DNA from: Octopus sinensis
Taxonomy: Eukaryota
Direction: 5' to 3'
Assembly: GCF_006345805.1 (NCBI RefSeq)
Contig: NW_021834639.1
Location: 1 to 64,000 of the forward strand
Length of the DNA: 64,000 nt
Shown here: in pieces, positions 39,679-52,399 of the stretch
How positions within the stretch are numbered: position 1 is the stretch's first letter
Layout of the letters: every line of letters begins with the position of its first letter
Program-made: the position numbers and the translations under genes
The notes under the pieces: generated by a model
What the model was told of the DNA's origin: nothing
What the model saw: only the letters and a program-made list of their open reading frames with translations
The model's database searches: none

Positions 39679-40174
39679 TAACGATTAAATAATTAAGTTT
39701 AGAAAAATTAAAAGAAAAGTTTTTTTAAAGGAATATTTGTATAGTGTTCAAATATAAGTGGTATTTTCCTTGTTTCTGCCTTTCTCTGTCTCTCTTGTTT
39801 ACACTTGTGTGTTCGAGGTCGTTATATATATAATACACGTCGTTGATCGGATAATTACATTTACTGTTTCTCGAAAGCCACATTCAAAGTATTATGTATA
39901 TAATTTACTCCTCCTGTATGTGTGTATTTTATAAGAGAAGGATATGTAATAACTGAAGTAGAAACAAGATCAATTTCATACATGACCTTCTCTTTGTTTA
40001 TTATATGACAACAGTAAATTAGTTGTATGTGTTATTTTATTTAGTAATACAGTAACGGCAATTATACAACACATACATACAACTGCTTACAATAATAGAG
40101 ATTACTGTATAATTTCTCCTATGTTCATAATTTTTGGTTTACGATATTGGAAAAAATATGCCAGCAAAGAAAAG

Positions 40175-40355
40175 ATGTAAGCTCTCCAGAAACTGGTATA
40201 ACTGGTATGCGAGGAACGAATACGGTGTCACCTTTACTACAACCAGTGAGAATATTTATCTCAATGCAGTTCCTCATAGGTTTGTGCACAAATACTGTTG
40301 AACCATTGCATAACTTTTGTTGAGAAAAATTAGGCAATACCATAATAGCAGATAT
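40175..40355 (-). mobile_element. Helitron PIF1-like helicase C-terminal fragment
   Basis: AIMVLPNFSQQKLCNGSTVFVHKPMRNCIEINILTGCSKGDTVFVPRIPVIP matches the Helitron motif IMLLRNLxxxxLCNGTR...LTG..KG..VFIPRIP. Confidence 0.85.
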
Positions 40356-40428
40356 GGAAAATGCTTCCCTTAAACCATTTACTTTCATTTTAGTAGACCA
40401 AACAAACGGACAAAATCTCCCTTATCTT

Positions 40429-40487
<59 letters not shown>

Positions 40488-40500
40488 TATTATATATTAC

Positions 40501-40538
<38 letters not shown>

Positions 40539-40721
40539 GATGATGGCTTCATTTTTAGAGATGCTAGCCGTCCAATCAACACATACCCCCACCCCATCAT
40601 ACAGTACAATCACTCTGTTGATGAGCCCTTAGATGACACACACACACACACCATATATATATACATCTTATATATATATATACATACATTTATATATGCT
40701 ATATATAAATTATATACATAC

Positions 40722-40800
<79 letters not shown>

Positions 40801-40944
40801 TATATATACAATAGAATATGTTACAAAAAGAAAATAGAAATTGCACGAGGTAATGTGAGGGAAAAGTAAGAAAATCAACGAAAATGCACATTATATTATA
40901 TATATATAATATATATATATACATATATATATATTATATATATA

Positions 40945-41177
40945 TACTCTTTTACTCTTTTATTTGTTTCAGTCATTTGACTGCGGCCATGCTGGAGCAC
41001 CGCCTTTAATCGAGCAACTCGACCCCGGGACTTATCTTTGTAAACCCAGTACTTATTCTATCGGTCTCTTTTTGCCGAACCGCTAAGTGACGGGGACATA
41101 AACACACCAGCATCAGTTTGTCAAGCAATGCTAGGGGGACAACACAGTCACACAAGTACACCACTACATATATATAT

Positions 41178-41232
<55 letters not shown>

Positions 41233-41389
41233 TACGACGGGCTTCTTTCAGTTTCCGTCTACCAAACCACTCACAAGGCTTGGTCGGCCCGAGGCTATAG
41301 TAGAATACCTTGCCCAAGGTGCCACGCAGTGGGACTGAACCCGGAACCATGTGGTTGGTAACAAGCTACTTACCACACAGCCACTCCTG
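40945..41389 (-). mobile_element. SINE family A, intact
   Basis: Full reverse complement of the 22575 copy. Confidence 0.92.
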
Positions 41390-41432
41390 CGCGTATATAT
41401 ATATATATATATATAGATATAATAGATAGATA

Positions 41433-41493
<61 letters not shown>

Positions 41494-41737
41494 CGGACAG
41501 ACAGCGGATGGATGGATATGTGACTCTACGATGTATGTTTAGGTGTGTATATACCTTATGAGTCAAACACTTGACATGATAGTATTTTTCAGAAATAATG
41601 TGAAGGTCAGTTGAAAGGTCAGTGAGATGATGACGTCAATAGGTCAAATATTTTCATCTTCAAATAAACAAACTATTAAATGTTATAATCATTGCAATAC
41701 AGGCGACTTAAAGCCTACTTGGAAAAACGGAACTAAA

Positions 41738-41738
41738 T

Positions 41739-41827
<89 letters not shown>

Positions 41828-41894
41828 CATCCATCCATCTATCTATTTATCTATCTATTTGAACGTCTGTCTGTCTATCTATCTATCTCTGTTC

Positions 41895-41970
<76 letters not shown>

Positions 41971-41975
41971 GTCTT

Positions 41976-42042
<67 letters not shown>

Positions 42043-42047
42043 GTCTG

Positions 42048-42082
<35 letters not shown>

Positions 42083-42085
42083 GTA
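41738..42085. repeat. (CTAT)n microsatellite
   Basis: Direct inspection. Confidence 0.95.
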
Positions 42086-42698
42086 TTGTATGCGTTGGTT
42101 TACAGGGGGGGAAAGGAGGGAAAGTATTGAATACTGTAGAAGAGTGCCACAATTTATTTCGTCTGTCCCCAGATGTGGCTGTGTGGTAAGAAGTTCTCTT
42201 CTTAACCATACGTGATTCCATGGTTCACAAGAACAGATACGAACGCAGACAAAAGACAATACAAACGCAAACAGCAAAAAGGAAAAAGATACCCAAAGAA
42301 AGAACTCTGAATATACAACATAAACAACACACAGCAAGGACAAAGAGAAAAAAATAAAAATAACTGTTTAAAATTTTTTTTATAAAACTGTTCAATGACG
42401 TTATCTGGAGTATGGGGTTCGAGTTGACGTCGTTCCACCTTTTCATTTGTCATTACCATTCTTTCGCTTCGATTTTATTTTTCCCCACTTTTGAGTTTTG
42501 TCTGTTCTTGTGCTGTCTCTTCTGTGTTCGATCCTGTGGTTAATCAAGGAAAAGCAGTCCCACACCTTCTGCGAAGATTTTGTAGACGGAAGCCGAATAA
42601 AAAAAATCTTTCGAATATTCATACACTCACACATCATATACATACATACATACATACATACAAATTATATATATATATAATATATTTATATAATATAT

Positions 42699-42827
42699 TA
42701 ATTTAGAGATTTATACCCCTACTTCTCACCAAATAAAAATAATTTTTATTTTAAATACCTATTATTAAAATACAAATAAAAAAATTTTTCATTTCGTGAG
42801 AAGTAGGGGTATACAATCTCTAAATTA
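42699..42827. repeat. Small foldback/MITE with ~31-bp TIRs and an AT-rich core
   Basis: aatttagagatttatacccctacttctcac / gtgagaagtaggggtatacaatctctaaatt. Confidence 0.8.
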
Positions 42828-43089
42828 CAATATATTTCTTCATTGAGAATAATTGAAACTCTGTTATGCCGGAATTGTTATATTTAAATCTATTATATAT
42901 ATATATATACATATATATATATTATATATATATATTATATATATATAATATATATATATAATTATATATATATATGTGTGTGTGTGGGTTGTGTGTGTGG
43001 TGTGCGTGTGTGTATTATCATCATCATCATAAAAAAACCCGGTTCCCAAAAAGATACAAGGCTCCATCTTTGGGGTGTAGGTTAACGCA

Positions 43090-44407
43090 GAAACAAAAAA
43101 TTAAAAGAATATATTCTCGAAGGTGACTCCTTCTTCTGGGTCATATCTAAATTCATTTTTCTGAATTTGCAACATGGTCTGGCGAAAACGAATTCTGCAG
43201 CTTTGTTACCAACTTCATGACATAATGGAATATAGAGGGGAAAAAAAGGGAGTAAGTAGGACAAATAGCTTCATTTTTATTTATCATTTGTACCATAAGC
43301 TTTTATATTTTTCTCGCTTGTTCCATGTCCCCACATGTGTTGTATTGTCCCCTCCATGTTCGATCCACGTGATCATAATAAAGAATCATTGTTACCAACT
43401 TCATTAGTTGTAGCATTTGCTGTTGTTCTTGTTCTTTGAGTTGTTGTTTTTGCAACTCAACTAAACTCTCTAACAAGTTTTCCATAATTTTACGGATTTT
43501 TCGTAAAATATTTGCCACAAAAATGTTTGTTACTCCTCTGCCAAGGTTTTAACTTCACGTGAAAAATTTTTCGACGTCAAACCGCGTGAATTTTTTCAGC
43601 GTTGTCCGCTTGAATTGTTTTTTATCCTCGTCGCCACTGTATGTTATTTTCGGCACTGTAATTTATTCCTTTATTGCCCACAAGGGACCAAACACAGAGG
43701 GGACAAACAAGGGGATTAAGTCGATTATATCGATTCCAGTGATTTACTGGTACTTATTTAATCGACCACGAAAGGACGAAAGGCAAAGTCGACCTCGGCG
43801 GAATTTGAACTCAGAACGTAACGGCAGACGAAATACCTATTTCTTTACTACCCACAAGGGGCTAAACACAGAGAGGACAAACAAGGACACACATAGGTAT
43901 TAAGTCGATTACATCGACCCCTGTTCGTAACTGGTACTTATTTTAATCGACCCCGAAAGGATGAAAGGCAAAGTCGACCTCGGCGGAATTTAAACTCAGA
44001 ACGTAACGGCAGACGAAATACCGCTAGGCATTTCGCCCGGCGTGCTAACGTTTCTGCCAGCTCGCCGCCTTAAAATGATGTGTTGTATCTGGCCGAGATT
44101 GAAACCTCTATCACTTTTGTCATGGCTATAAACACCCTTACCCACAAGGCCAACAAGACAGCAACAATTTTCGGCACTGTAATGTTCTTGTCACCGTTAG
44201 TATATTGTGGCAGTATTGACTCGTCTATTGTGCTATTGCTGATCGCTCCGCAAGGCAATGACTTTGGATCTTCTACCTTGACGGTAACTCGAACTCGTAT
44301 ATGTCACGTACCTGACACTGACTCCGACTCGTACGACCGACTCTACTACTACTCACTGACCGACTGCTCCCTTCTTTTTTTTTTTTTTGCCTTCCCGTAA
44401 CTTAACA
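43090..44407 (-). mobile_element. Ty3/Gypsy remnant: 5' LTR (44407-43638, ~250 bp once the insertion is removed), PBS and gag start
   Basis: LTR TGT...ACA; PBS TGGCGACGAGGAT (43624-43636) is complementary to the tRNA-Ser(GCT) 3' end; gag-like MENLLESLVELQKQQLKEQEQQQ...FSPDHVANS...RYDPEEGVTF. Confidence 0.8.
43663..44071 (-). mobile_element. SINE family B dimer inserted in the LTR
   Basis: Two head-to-tail units; part of an insert bounded by the 17-bp direct repeat attttcggcactgtaat. Confidence 0.9.
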
Positions 44408-44482
44408 GTTCAACAAACGTGATCCCTAAAATAAGTACCAGATGTTAAGAAGTAAGTACTGGGGTCATTTTCTACGATTCAA

Positions 44483-44806
44483 GGATCTTTCCCTTTTGAA
44501 CGGCAGTTTTCAACACAATTTCTAGTTAACTAAACACTTTTAAACTTCGTATACTGGTAGAATGTGTCAAAATAAAACATTTTTTCTCTTGGCTTTCTTG
44601 AGAAATTGTAATTATTAAGTTTAACGTAGTTTAATTTTTCGAATTTTAACCAATCGATGGCCTCTATTTAGCTAAAATCAATTTTCTCAAGAAAGCCAAA
44701 AGAAAAAAATATTTTATTTTGACACATTCTACCAGTATACGAAGTTTAAAAGTGTTTAGTTAACTAGAAATTGTGTTGAAAACTGCCGTTCAAAAGGAAA
44801 AGATCC
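44483..44806. mobile_element. 324-bp MITE with ~125-bp TIRs and an 8-bp TSD, inserted in a SINE A tail
   Basis: TSD cgattcaa at 44475-44482 and 44807-44814; TIRs begin GGATCTTT. Confidence 0.92.
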
Positions 44807-45773
44807 CGATTCAACTCTTCAAGGCGGTGCCCCAGCATGGCTGCAGTCCAATGACTGAAACAAGTAAAAGATGGAAGAAAGGGTTATGTATGTATGTGCG
44901 TGTATGTATGTAATGTTTGTATGTGTATGTATCTATATATTTGTGTGTGTGTGTGTGCACGCGCGTGTATATATATGTGTTTGTAGTGGTTCGGTGCAGT
45001 GTAGGTCGTGGAAGTCATATACAAGCAATCAAATGATTGAATATGGTAAAAACAAATGAAGAGAAGCCTTGTGACTTATTTGAAATTTCATCCTGTGATT
45101 ATGTTTCTGTCGCAACTGACCTGTGTTAATACCAGTTTATATCGTCAGGTGAGAGCCAGGATCGTGAGACATCTCTGTTGCTCTCAGTGACTGAAGATGT
45201 ACATCCACAACTCTTAACTCTCTCCTGTTATTCAGTATTCTTATGAGCTAATTCTACCCAATTCCGGTTCTGTGTTGGTTGCTCCCTCAGCTTTAAATAA
45301 TTTTATGGGATAATTCTATTCAATTCCCGATCCCTAATGGTTGGCCCTTCATCTGGAGTGTCACATGCTGTGACACCTTCTCCAGTGGAAACTTGATGTG
45401 TTCAGCTACCAGCCCAGGCTCGCGCAGAAGGGCAAACTATCAATGTATCGGCCGCTCTTTGGCAGGTTTGTGGTCGAGCCTGTAGGAGTGGAGACCTCCA
45501 GCTTTCTCAGCAACCCCCCCACCTCAGCGGGACCACATCCTTGCTCGCCGTTATCGGGGTGGAGATGGTAATCTGCACGTATGAATCCCGTGAGCCTGAG
45601 TGGCCGTACCAGCGATTCTCCCTCACCAGCCTCCGGGGTAACGCCTTTTCCGTTTTGTTCTTAGGGCCATGAGCTGGACTGACAAGCCTCTTCAGATATT
45701 TCTTAGCTGTGAGGAAGAGGAAGGATATGACGGCTCAGACAGGACCCTTAATCAAAATCAGAAAACCACTTCA

Positions 45774-45990
45774 TTAACCATTCAACATTCAAATTATTCT
45801 GTCAAATGAAATACTTTTCCATTCACATTGTCTTTAATTAATCACATAACATCTCATAGCTTCGAAATTCTCATGATGTGACTGTATGCTTTCAGAATGA
45901 CATTGTCGGGTAGGTATAAGAGGCTGGATCTGGTTGGTTTGAACATAAAACAGAAAGCTTATTTGGGCTGGATATGGCCGGATTAAACGC
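45774..45990. mobile_element. Degraded piggyBac-like MITE
   Basis: Starts ttaacc...attcaaattattctgtcaaatg and ends ggatatggccggattaaacgc; right TIR eroded. Confidence 0.5.
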
Positions 45991-46189
45991 AAAAAAAAAA
46001 GAAGGAAATCATTATGAGACAATGAACAGAACGACCCCAGCTCGTATCGAATGACTTTATGTCTGCCTTTTACATTACTGATTCAACTCACCCCCCCCCC
46101 CAAATACTACCCCCGGATGCTTCGCCAAAATTATCGCATTTAGATGTTTGTAGCTTTTTCTTTCTCATGGTATTTGGTTGGGTTGTTTT

Positions 46190-46790
46190 GTAGAAGTCTT
46201 CTGTTTTAATCTGGTTTGTCGCTCTCTGGAGATGGTGGTAGAGATGGTGGTGGTTGTAATGGGAATGGTTGTGGTGGTGGCGGTGGTGGTGATGGTGATG
46301 GTGGTTGCTGTGTTGATGTTTATTATGTCGTCGGTGGTTTTCAACGTGATGATAATAATGGTGTGTTGTTGTTGTTGTTGGTGTGGTGGTGGTGGTGATG
46401 GTAGTAGTAACCGTGGGGGTAGAGTTCGTAATAGTATTAGTGACAGTATTTACGATCGTAGTGGCGGCGGTGGTGGTTGTTTTGGTGGTGGTAAATGTGA
46501 CGGTATTCAAAATGCTGGTTATGACAATGATAATGATGGTGAGATTAATGATGAGCGTGATGATTGTGATGACGATGATGATGACGATGATGATGATGAG
46601 GACGGTGATGATTGTGATGATGATGATGATGACGATGATGATGTTGATGATGATAATGATGATTGTGATTGTGATGATGGTGATGATGATGATGATGATG
46701 AGGATAATGATGATGATGATGATGATTGTGATGATGATGGTGATGATGATGATGACGATGATGATGACAAGGATGGCGAGGGTGGGCAAG
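46190..46790. repeat. (GGT)/(GAT) trinucleotide tract
   Basis: Direct inspection. Confidence 0.95.
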
Positions 46791-47147
46791 TAATGTTATA
46801 ACAGTGATGTAGAAAAATGATGGTGGTGTCGATGGGGGGGGGGACGACAGGGTGCGTTGCCGGTATCGGCGGCGGCGGCGGCGATTACAAAGATGGCGTT
46901 CGTAGGTGGCGGTTGTTGTTATTTCATCGTTGTTATTTCATTCTTCAAAAACAGTGGAAAGAAAAATGATTATCTTTTGTATGGAAAGAAATATTTTAAC
47001 AACCTGATTCCATCGATTTATAATGTGCTAAATTGGTGGTGAGCAATTGATAATAGATAGGTAAGAACAGACACACACACACACATATATGCATATATAT
47101 ATATATATGCACATATATATATGCATATATATATATATTTGTGTGTG

Positions 47148-47180
<33 letters not shown>

Positions 47181-47405
47181 GTGAATGTGTATCCAGATTT
47201 ATCTTTAAAAATCCGAACAAATAAACATACAAATTGATAATTATGTAGATATATGCAACCAGAATATAATTTTGTGCTTATTATATGTATATATATGTAT
47301 ATATATTTATATATATATTATTATATATATATATATAATGTATATATATGTATATATATATATATATATGTATATATATTATATATATTGTATATATATG
47401 TATAT

Positions 47406-47464
<59 letters not shown>

Positions 47465-47889
47465 CGTATGCATCTATATATATATATATGTATATGTATG
47501 TGGTGTATAAGGAGTGCGTCAGTGCATATATGCACCGATTGTGCTGGGCGTAAAAAGGTGTGTGTGTATCTGTGTGTATGTATGTGTGTGTATGTATGTA
47601 TGTGTGTGTGTGTGTGCGTGCGTGCGTGTGTGTCACCAAAATTCATAAAAATCACAACAACCTATGAGGCAGCCATATTAATTTTGATAACACGAAAATT
47701 GGAAGAAAAAAAAAAAGTGAATATTTTCCGATGTTTTCTTTTCGTTTTGCTTTTTGTTATCTTCTCTCTTTTTACTTGTTTTTTTTTTTTCTTTTTATTA
47801 CGTATTTCTTCCTTTTTCCTTTAGAAATTCTTCATATCTCTTGTAACAATCTTCTTTTGTTATTGTAGTTGATGTTGCTTCACTTGTTG

Positions 47890-48550
47890 TTGCTGTCGTA
47901 GAAGTAGTAGTAGTAGTCGTAGTAGTAGTAGTACTAGTAATTGTGGTGGTGGTGGTGTTAGTAGTAGTAGTAGTAAATAATAGTGGTAGTAGAAATGGTG
48001 GTGGTGATGACGGTAGTTGTAGTAGTAGTAGTAGTAGTAGTAATTGTGGTGGTGGTGGTGGTGTTAGTAGTAGTAGTAGTAATAATAGTGGTAGTAGTAA
48101 TGGTGGTGGTGATGACGGTAGTTGTAGTAGTAGTATAGTAGTAGTAGTAGTAATTGTGGTGATGGTGGTGGTGTTAGTAGTAGTAGTAGTAAATAATAGT
48201 GGTAGTAGTAATGGTGGTGGTGATGACGGTAGTTGTAGTAGTAGTAGTAGTAGTAGTAGTAATTGTGGTGGTGGTTATGGTGGTGGTAGTGGTGGTAGTG
48301 TTAGTAGTTCTAATGATAGTGGTAGTAGTAATGGTGGTAGTGGTAGTGATGATGACGGTAGTTGTAGCAGTAGTAGTAGTAATATTGGTGGTGGTAGTGG
48401 TGGTGATGATAGTAGTAGTGGTGGTTGTAGTGATAATAATAGTGCTAGTAGCAGTAGTAATGGTGGTGGTAGTGGTAGTAGTGGTAGTAGTAGTAGTAAT
48501 AGTAGTAGTAGTAGTTGTTGTTATTCTTATCATTGTTGTTGTTGTTGTTG
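47890..48550. repeat. (GTA)/(GGT) trinucleotide tract with internal higher-order duplication
   Basis: ggtgatgacggtagttgtagtag unit recurs. Confidence 0.95.
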
Positions 48551-49039
48551 TTAACAAGCCAATAACGGCGTTTACACTGGTTTACACAGTTCCCTGTGGA
48601 ACCAAGCAGTTCCTGAGATGCTAAAACACGGTAAACAGCAACAACAATAGCATCAGCCGCAACAACAACAACACAACAACTCAGTTGATAACAACAACAA
48701 CAACAACAATGTATATATACATATATATATATATATATTATACAGATTCGTCTGAGAATTCTTGTCTTGCATCCATGTTGTGGAAGATGAAAGGAATATT
48801 TTCAGTAAATTTATCTGGTTTAGATAAACAGAGAAATTACTTTGAGAGCAGGTACAGCTAACAACAACAACAACAACAACAACAGCAGCAGCAGCAGTAG
48901 CAGCAGCAACAACAACAACAAAAATATCAATGACAGGAACGACAACAATAAAAACAAAAACGGTAACAACACTAACAACAGCAATAATAAACAACAACAA
49001 ATGCAATAATAACCACAACAGCAATAACAATGATAATAA

Positions 49040-49260
49040 TCCTTTCTGCTTCGGGCAGAAGACCGGGAATTTCGGGTTGGTGGGGGTAGGGGGGGTTAAG
49101 TCGGTTACATCGACCCCAGTGGGTAACTGGTACTTACGTTATCGACCCCGAAAGGATGAAAGGCAAAGTCGACCTCAGCGGAATTTGAACTCAGAACGTA
49201 AAGAGACGGACATAAATGCCGCTAAGCATTTTTGTCTCTTGCGTGATAACGGTTCTGCAG
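49040..49260 (-). mobile_element. SINE family B
   Basis: atcgaccccgaaaggatgaaaggcaaagtcgacctcagcggaatttgaactcagaacg. Confidence 0.85.
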
Positions 49261-49325
49261 GGCCAGCAATTTCGGAGGAACGGGGGTAAGTCTTTATAAC
49301 AACAACAAAAAAAGAAAGAGGATAG

Positions 49326-49359
<34 letters not shown>

Positions 49360-49616
49360 GAAGAAGAAGAGGAAACGGAGGATTATGATAATGATGAAGA
49401 GGAAAAGAGGAAGCGGAGGATAATGATGATGATGATGATGCCCATCCTCCACGTGCTACTGATCGAAAATCTGGATGCAGATGAACAAACGGGATGCAAA
49501 TAATAAAACAAGCACATTGTGAGTTAGTCATGCAGCAGAAACATATGTCGGACAGAGATTTAGATTAAATATGTCGTAAAATTACTGCAATATACATATA
49601 TATATATATATATATA

Positions 49617-50909
49617 TCAAGTCATCCCATAAGTTCTCTCCGAATTTTGAATAACGAAAACAAGCGATCAAATGTTATATTTAATTGGAATTTAATCATC
49701 AATGTACTTTCCCTGATTATCTATGACTTCCTTCCATCTATTTACAAGCTTTTTAATCCCTTCAATGTAAAACTCTTTTGGTTTCAAAGCGAAGAGCTCT
49801 GAATTGTCAGTTTCGACCTCCTCCTGGCTTGTGAAAGTTATGTCCCCCAAATGATTCTGTAACCTACGAAACAAATGGTAGTCTGAAGGAGCAAGGTCGG
49901 CAGAATAAGGTGGATGAGGAATTTTTTCCTCAACCAAGCTCTTCGATCTTCTGTGATGTGATCTTTGCAGTGTGGGGTCGAGCATCGTCCTGATGAAACA
50001 TCACTCCTTTTCGATTCACTAAAAAGGGTCTTTTTTCTTCAAAGCTTGGTTCAAACGCTCTACTTGCTGATAGTAGACTTGAGCATTGATTGTTGCATTA
50101 GGTGGTAACAATTCAAAGTTAATTACTCCTTTGCAATCCCACCTGATAAAGAAAAGAACCTTTTTCCCATGAAGTTCCCTTCTCGGTTGTGGTTGAGCTT
50201 TTCCCCTTTTACCAAGCCACTTTTTACGACGTTTAACATTTCGATAGAAGATCCAATTTTTGTCACCAGTCACAAGTCTATACAAAAAGGGTGAAATAAC
50301 TTCGCGAGAATGGAGAGAAGAGCAGATGTCAACTCGGGATTTGCGGTTGCTTTCGGACAATTCATGAGGGCCCCATTTTCCAAGTTTAGGAACCTTTCCA
50401 AGTTGTTAAAGATGACGATAAACAGTTGTATGGTTTGAACTAAGCCTTATTGCCAATTCTTCAACTGATAATACAGGATTTTCTTCAAGTAATGCCTCAA
50501 GGACCTTATCATCACACTCAACTGGACGTCCTGTTCGATCTTCCTCTTCAAGGCTGAAATCTCCACTTCTGAATTTTGTAAACCATCTCCTGCAAGTTCT
50601 TTCATTCAAGCATTCTTTCCCATAAACTGAGTGTATGTTTCGACTCGCTTTGGTTACAGAGTTTCTTTTTTTTTTGTACTCCTAAAACATTATGTACCTC
50701 AAATACTCTTTGGATACTTCCATGGTAGAAAGGGTTTTAATCAAAGAAAATATTAATTCTATTATTCTGTAAAATAATATTTAATTAGTTTAAATGTACA
50801 TAAATGCATAAAAATATTTTTTAATTCCATTAGACATTCTAAAATACTATTAAATTTCATTCAATTTTAAAAAAGGTGAAATCAGGCAGAACTTATGGGG
50901 ACGACCTGA
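49617..50909 (-). mobile_element. Full-length (1.29 kb) inactive mariner (DD34D) transposon
   Basis: TA TSDs; ~30-bp imperfect TIRs; ATG at 50723, stop at 49692; VTGDKNW, HQDDARPH and YSADLAPSDYHLF motifs; in-frame stops and frameshifts. Confidence 0.95.
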
Positions 50910-51119
50910 TATAACGTTGATAACGATGAGAAAACTTGAGATTTTATTCACATCCGAAAACCTCTTTTTTTAAAATGTTTTCTGCAGCATGAACATCTGA
51001 CCTACATAGGATTCAACTGCAGCGACTCTACATTGCTTTGGATGCAATTATATATTCTAGTCGTTGCAATTTCATCAAGGGTCCATCACTCACGGAACCA
51101 TATGGTTGGGAAGCATGCT

Positions 51120-51925
51120 TCTTATTTCGTTATTGCCCACAAGGGGCTAAAGATAGAGGGACATACAAAGGGATTAAGTCGATTACATCGACCCCAGTAC
51201 GTAACTGGTACTTAATTTATCGACCCCAAAAGGAAGAAGGGCAAAGTCGATCTCGGCGGAATTTGAACTCAGAAAATAGCGGCAGACGAAATACCTATTT
51301 CTTTACTACCCACAAGGGGCCAAACACAGAGAGGACTAACAAGGACAGACAAAGGGATTAAGTTGATTACATCGACCCCAGTGCGTAACTGGTACTTATT
51401 TAATCGACCCCGAAAGGATGAAAGGCAAAGTCGACTTCGGAGGAATTTGAACTCAGAACGTAACAGCCGACAAATGCCGCTAAGCATTTCGCCCAGCGTG
51501 CTAACGTTTCTTATTTCTTTATTGCTCACATAGGGCTAAACACAGAGGGGACAAACAAGGACAGACAAAGGTATTAAGTCGATTACATCCACCCCAGTGC
51601 GTAACTGGTACTTATTTAATCGACCCCGAAAGGATGAAAGGCAAACTCAACCTCGGCGGAATTTGAACTCAGAACGTAACGGCCGACAAATACCTATTTC
51701 TTTATTACCCACAAGGGGCTAAACACAGAGGGGACAAACAAGGACAGACATAGGTATTAAGTCGATTACATGGACCCCAGTGCGTAACTGGTACTTAATT
51801 TATCGACCCCGAAAGGATGAGAGGCAAAGTCGACCTCGGCGGAATTTGAACTCACAACGTAACACAGACGAAATACCGCTAAGCATTTCGCCCGGTGTGG
51901 TAACGTTTCTGCCAGCTCACCGCAT
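51120..51925 (-). mobile_element. Head-to-tail tetramer of SINE family B
   Basis: Four units with junctions near 51295, 51510 and 51694; only the upstream unit keeps the 5' end. Confidence 0.9.
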
Positions 51926-52399
51926 ATAAAGCGCATGCGTAGCTGTGTGCTAAAGGAGCATGCTTCTTAGCACACAGCCGCGCATGCACCTTATATACTG
52001 GAGGTAATAGTGCGTGCGTGCGTGCTTATGTATGTTTACATGGGTTATATGAACTATTAAGCAAACAACGAATCGCTGAAACGCTGATTTGAATTGGTAT
52101 CTTCGCGTAGACATATGACCTTTAAAGCTTCCAGGTACTTTACATCTATTATTATATTTCCAAATAAGCAATTATTTAACTGAAACATTTCACAAATACT
52201 TATCTTGTATTTCCTTTATTTTCTAAATACTTTTCACAAAATGTTCGCTGGAACGTAGACTAACAGGGCATTATATTATCATTTATAAGTTTTGGCTATT
52301 TTCATCGTCATAATTTTCCTACTTTATGATATTATTTCAAAGAAACGATATAACAGTAACCAATAAAGCTGGAATTTTTATCTTGTTTTTTTTTTTTAC

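Noticed and set aside
46088-48624. Long Asp/Gly/Ser/Thr-rich ORFs
   Set aside because: Trinucleotide-repeat artefacts
51120-51925. Regularly spaced direct repeats that could suggest a CRISPR-like array
   Set aside because: Units are ~180-220-bp SINE copies with no unique spacers; eukaryotic context and no cas genes
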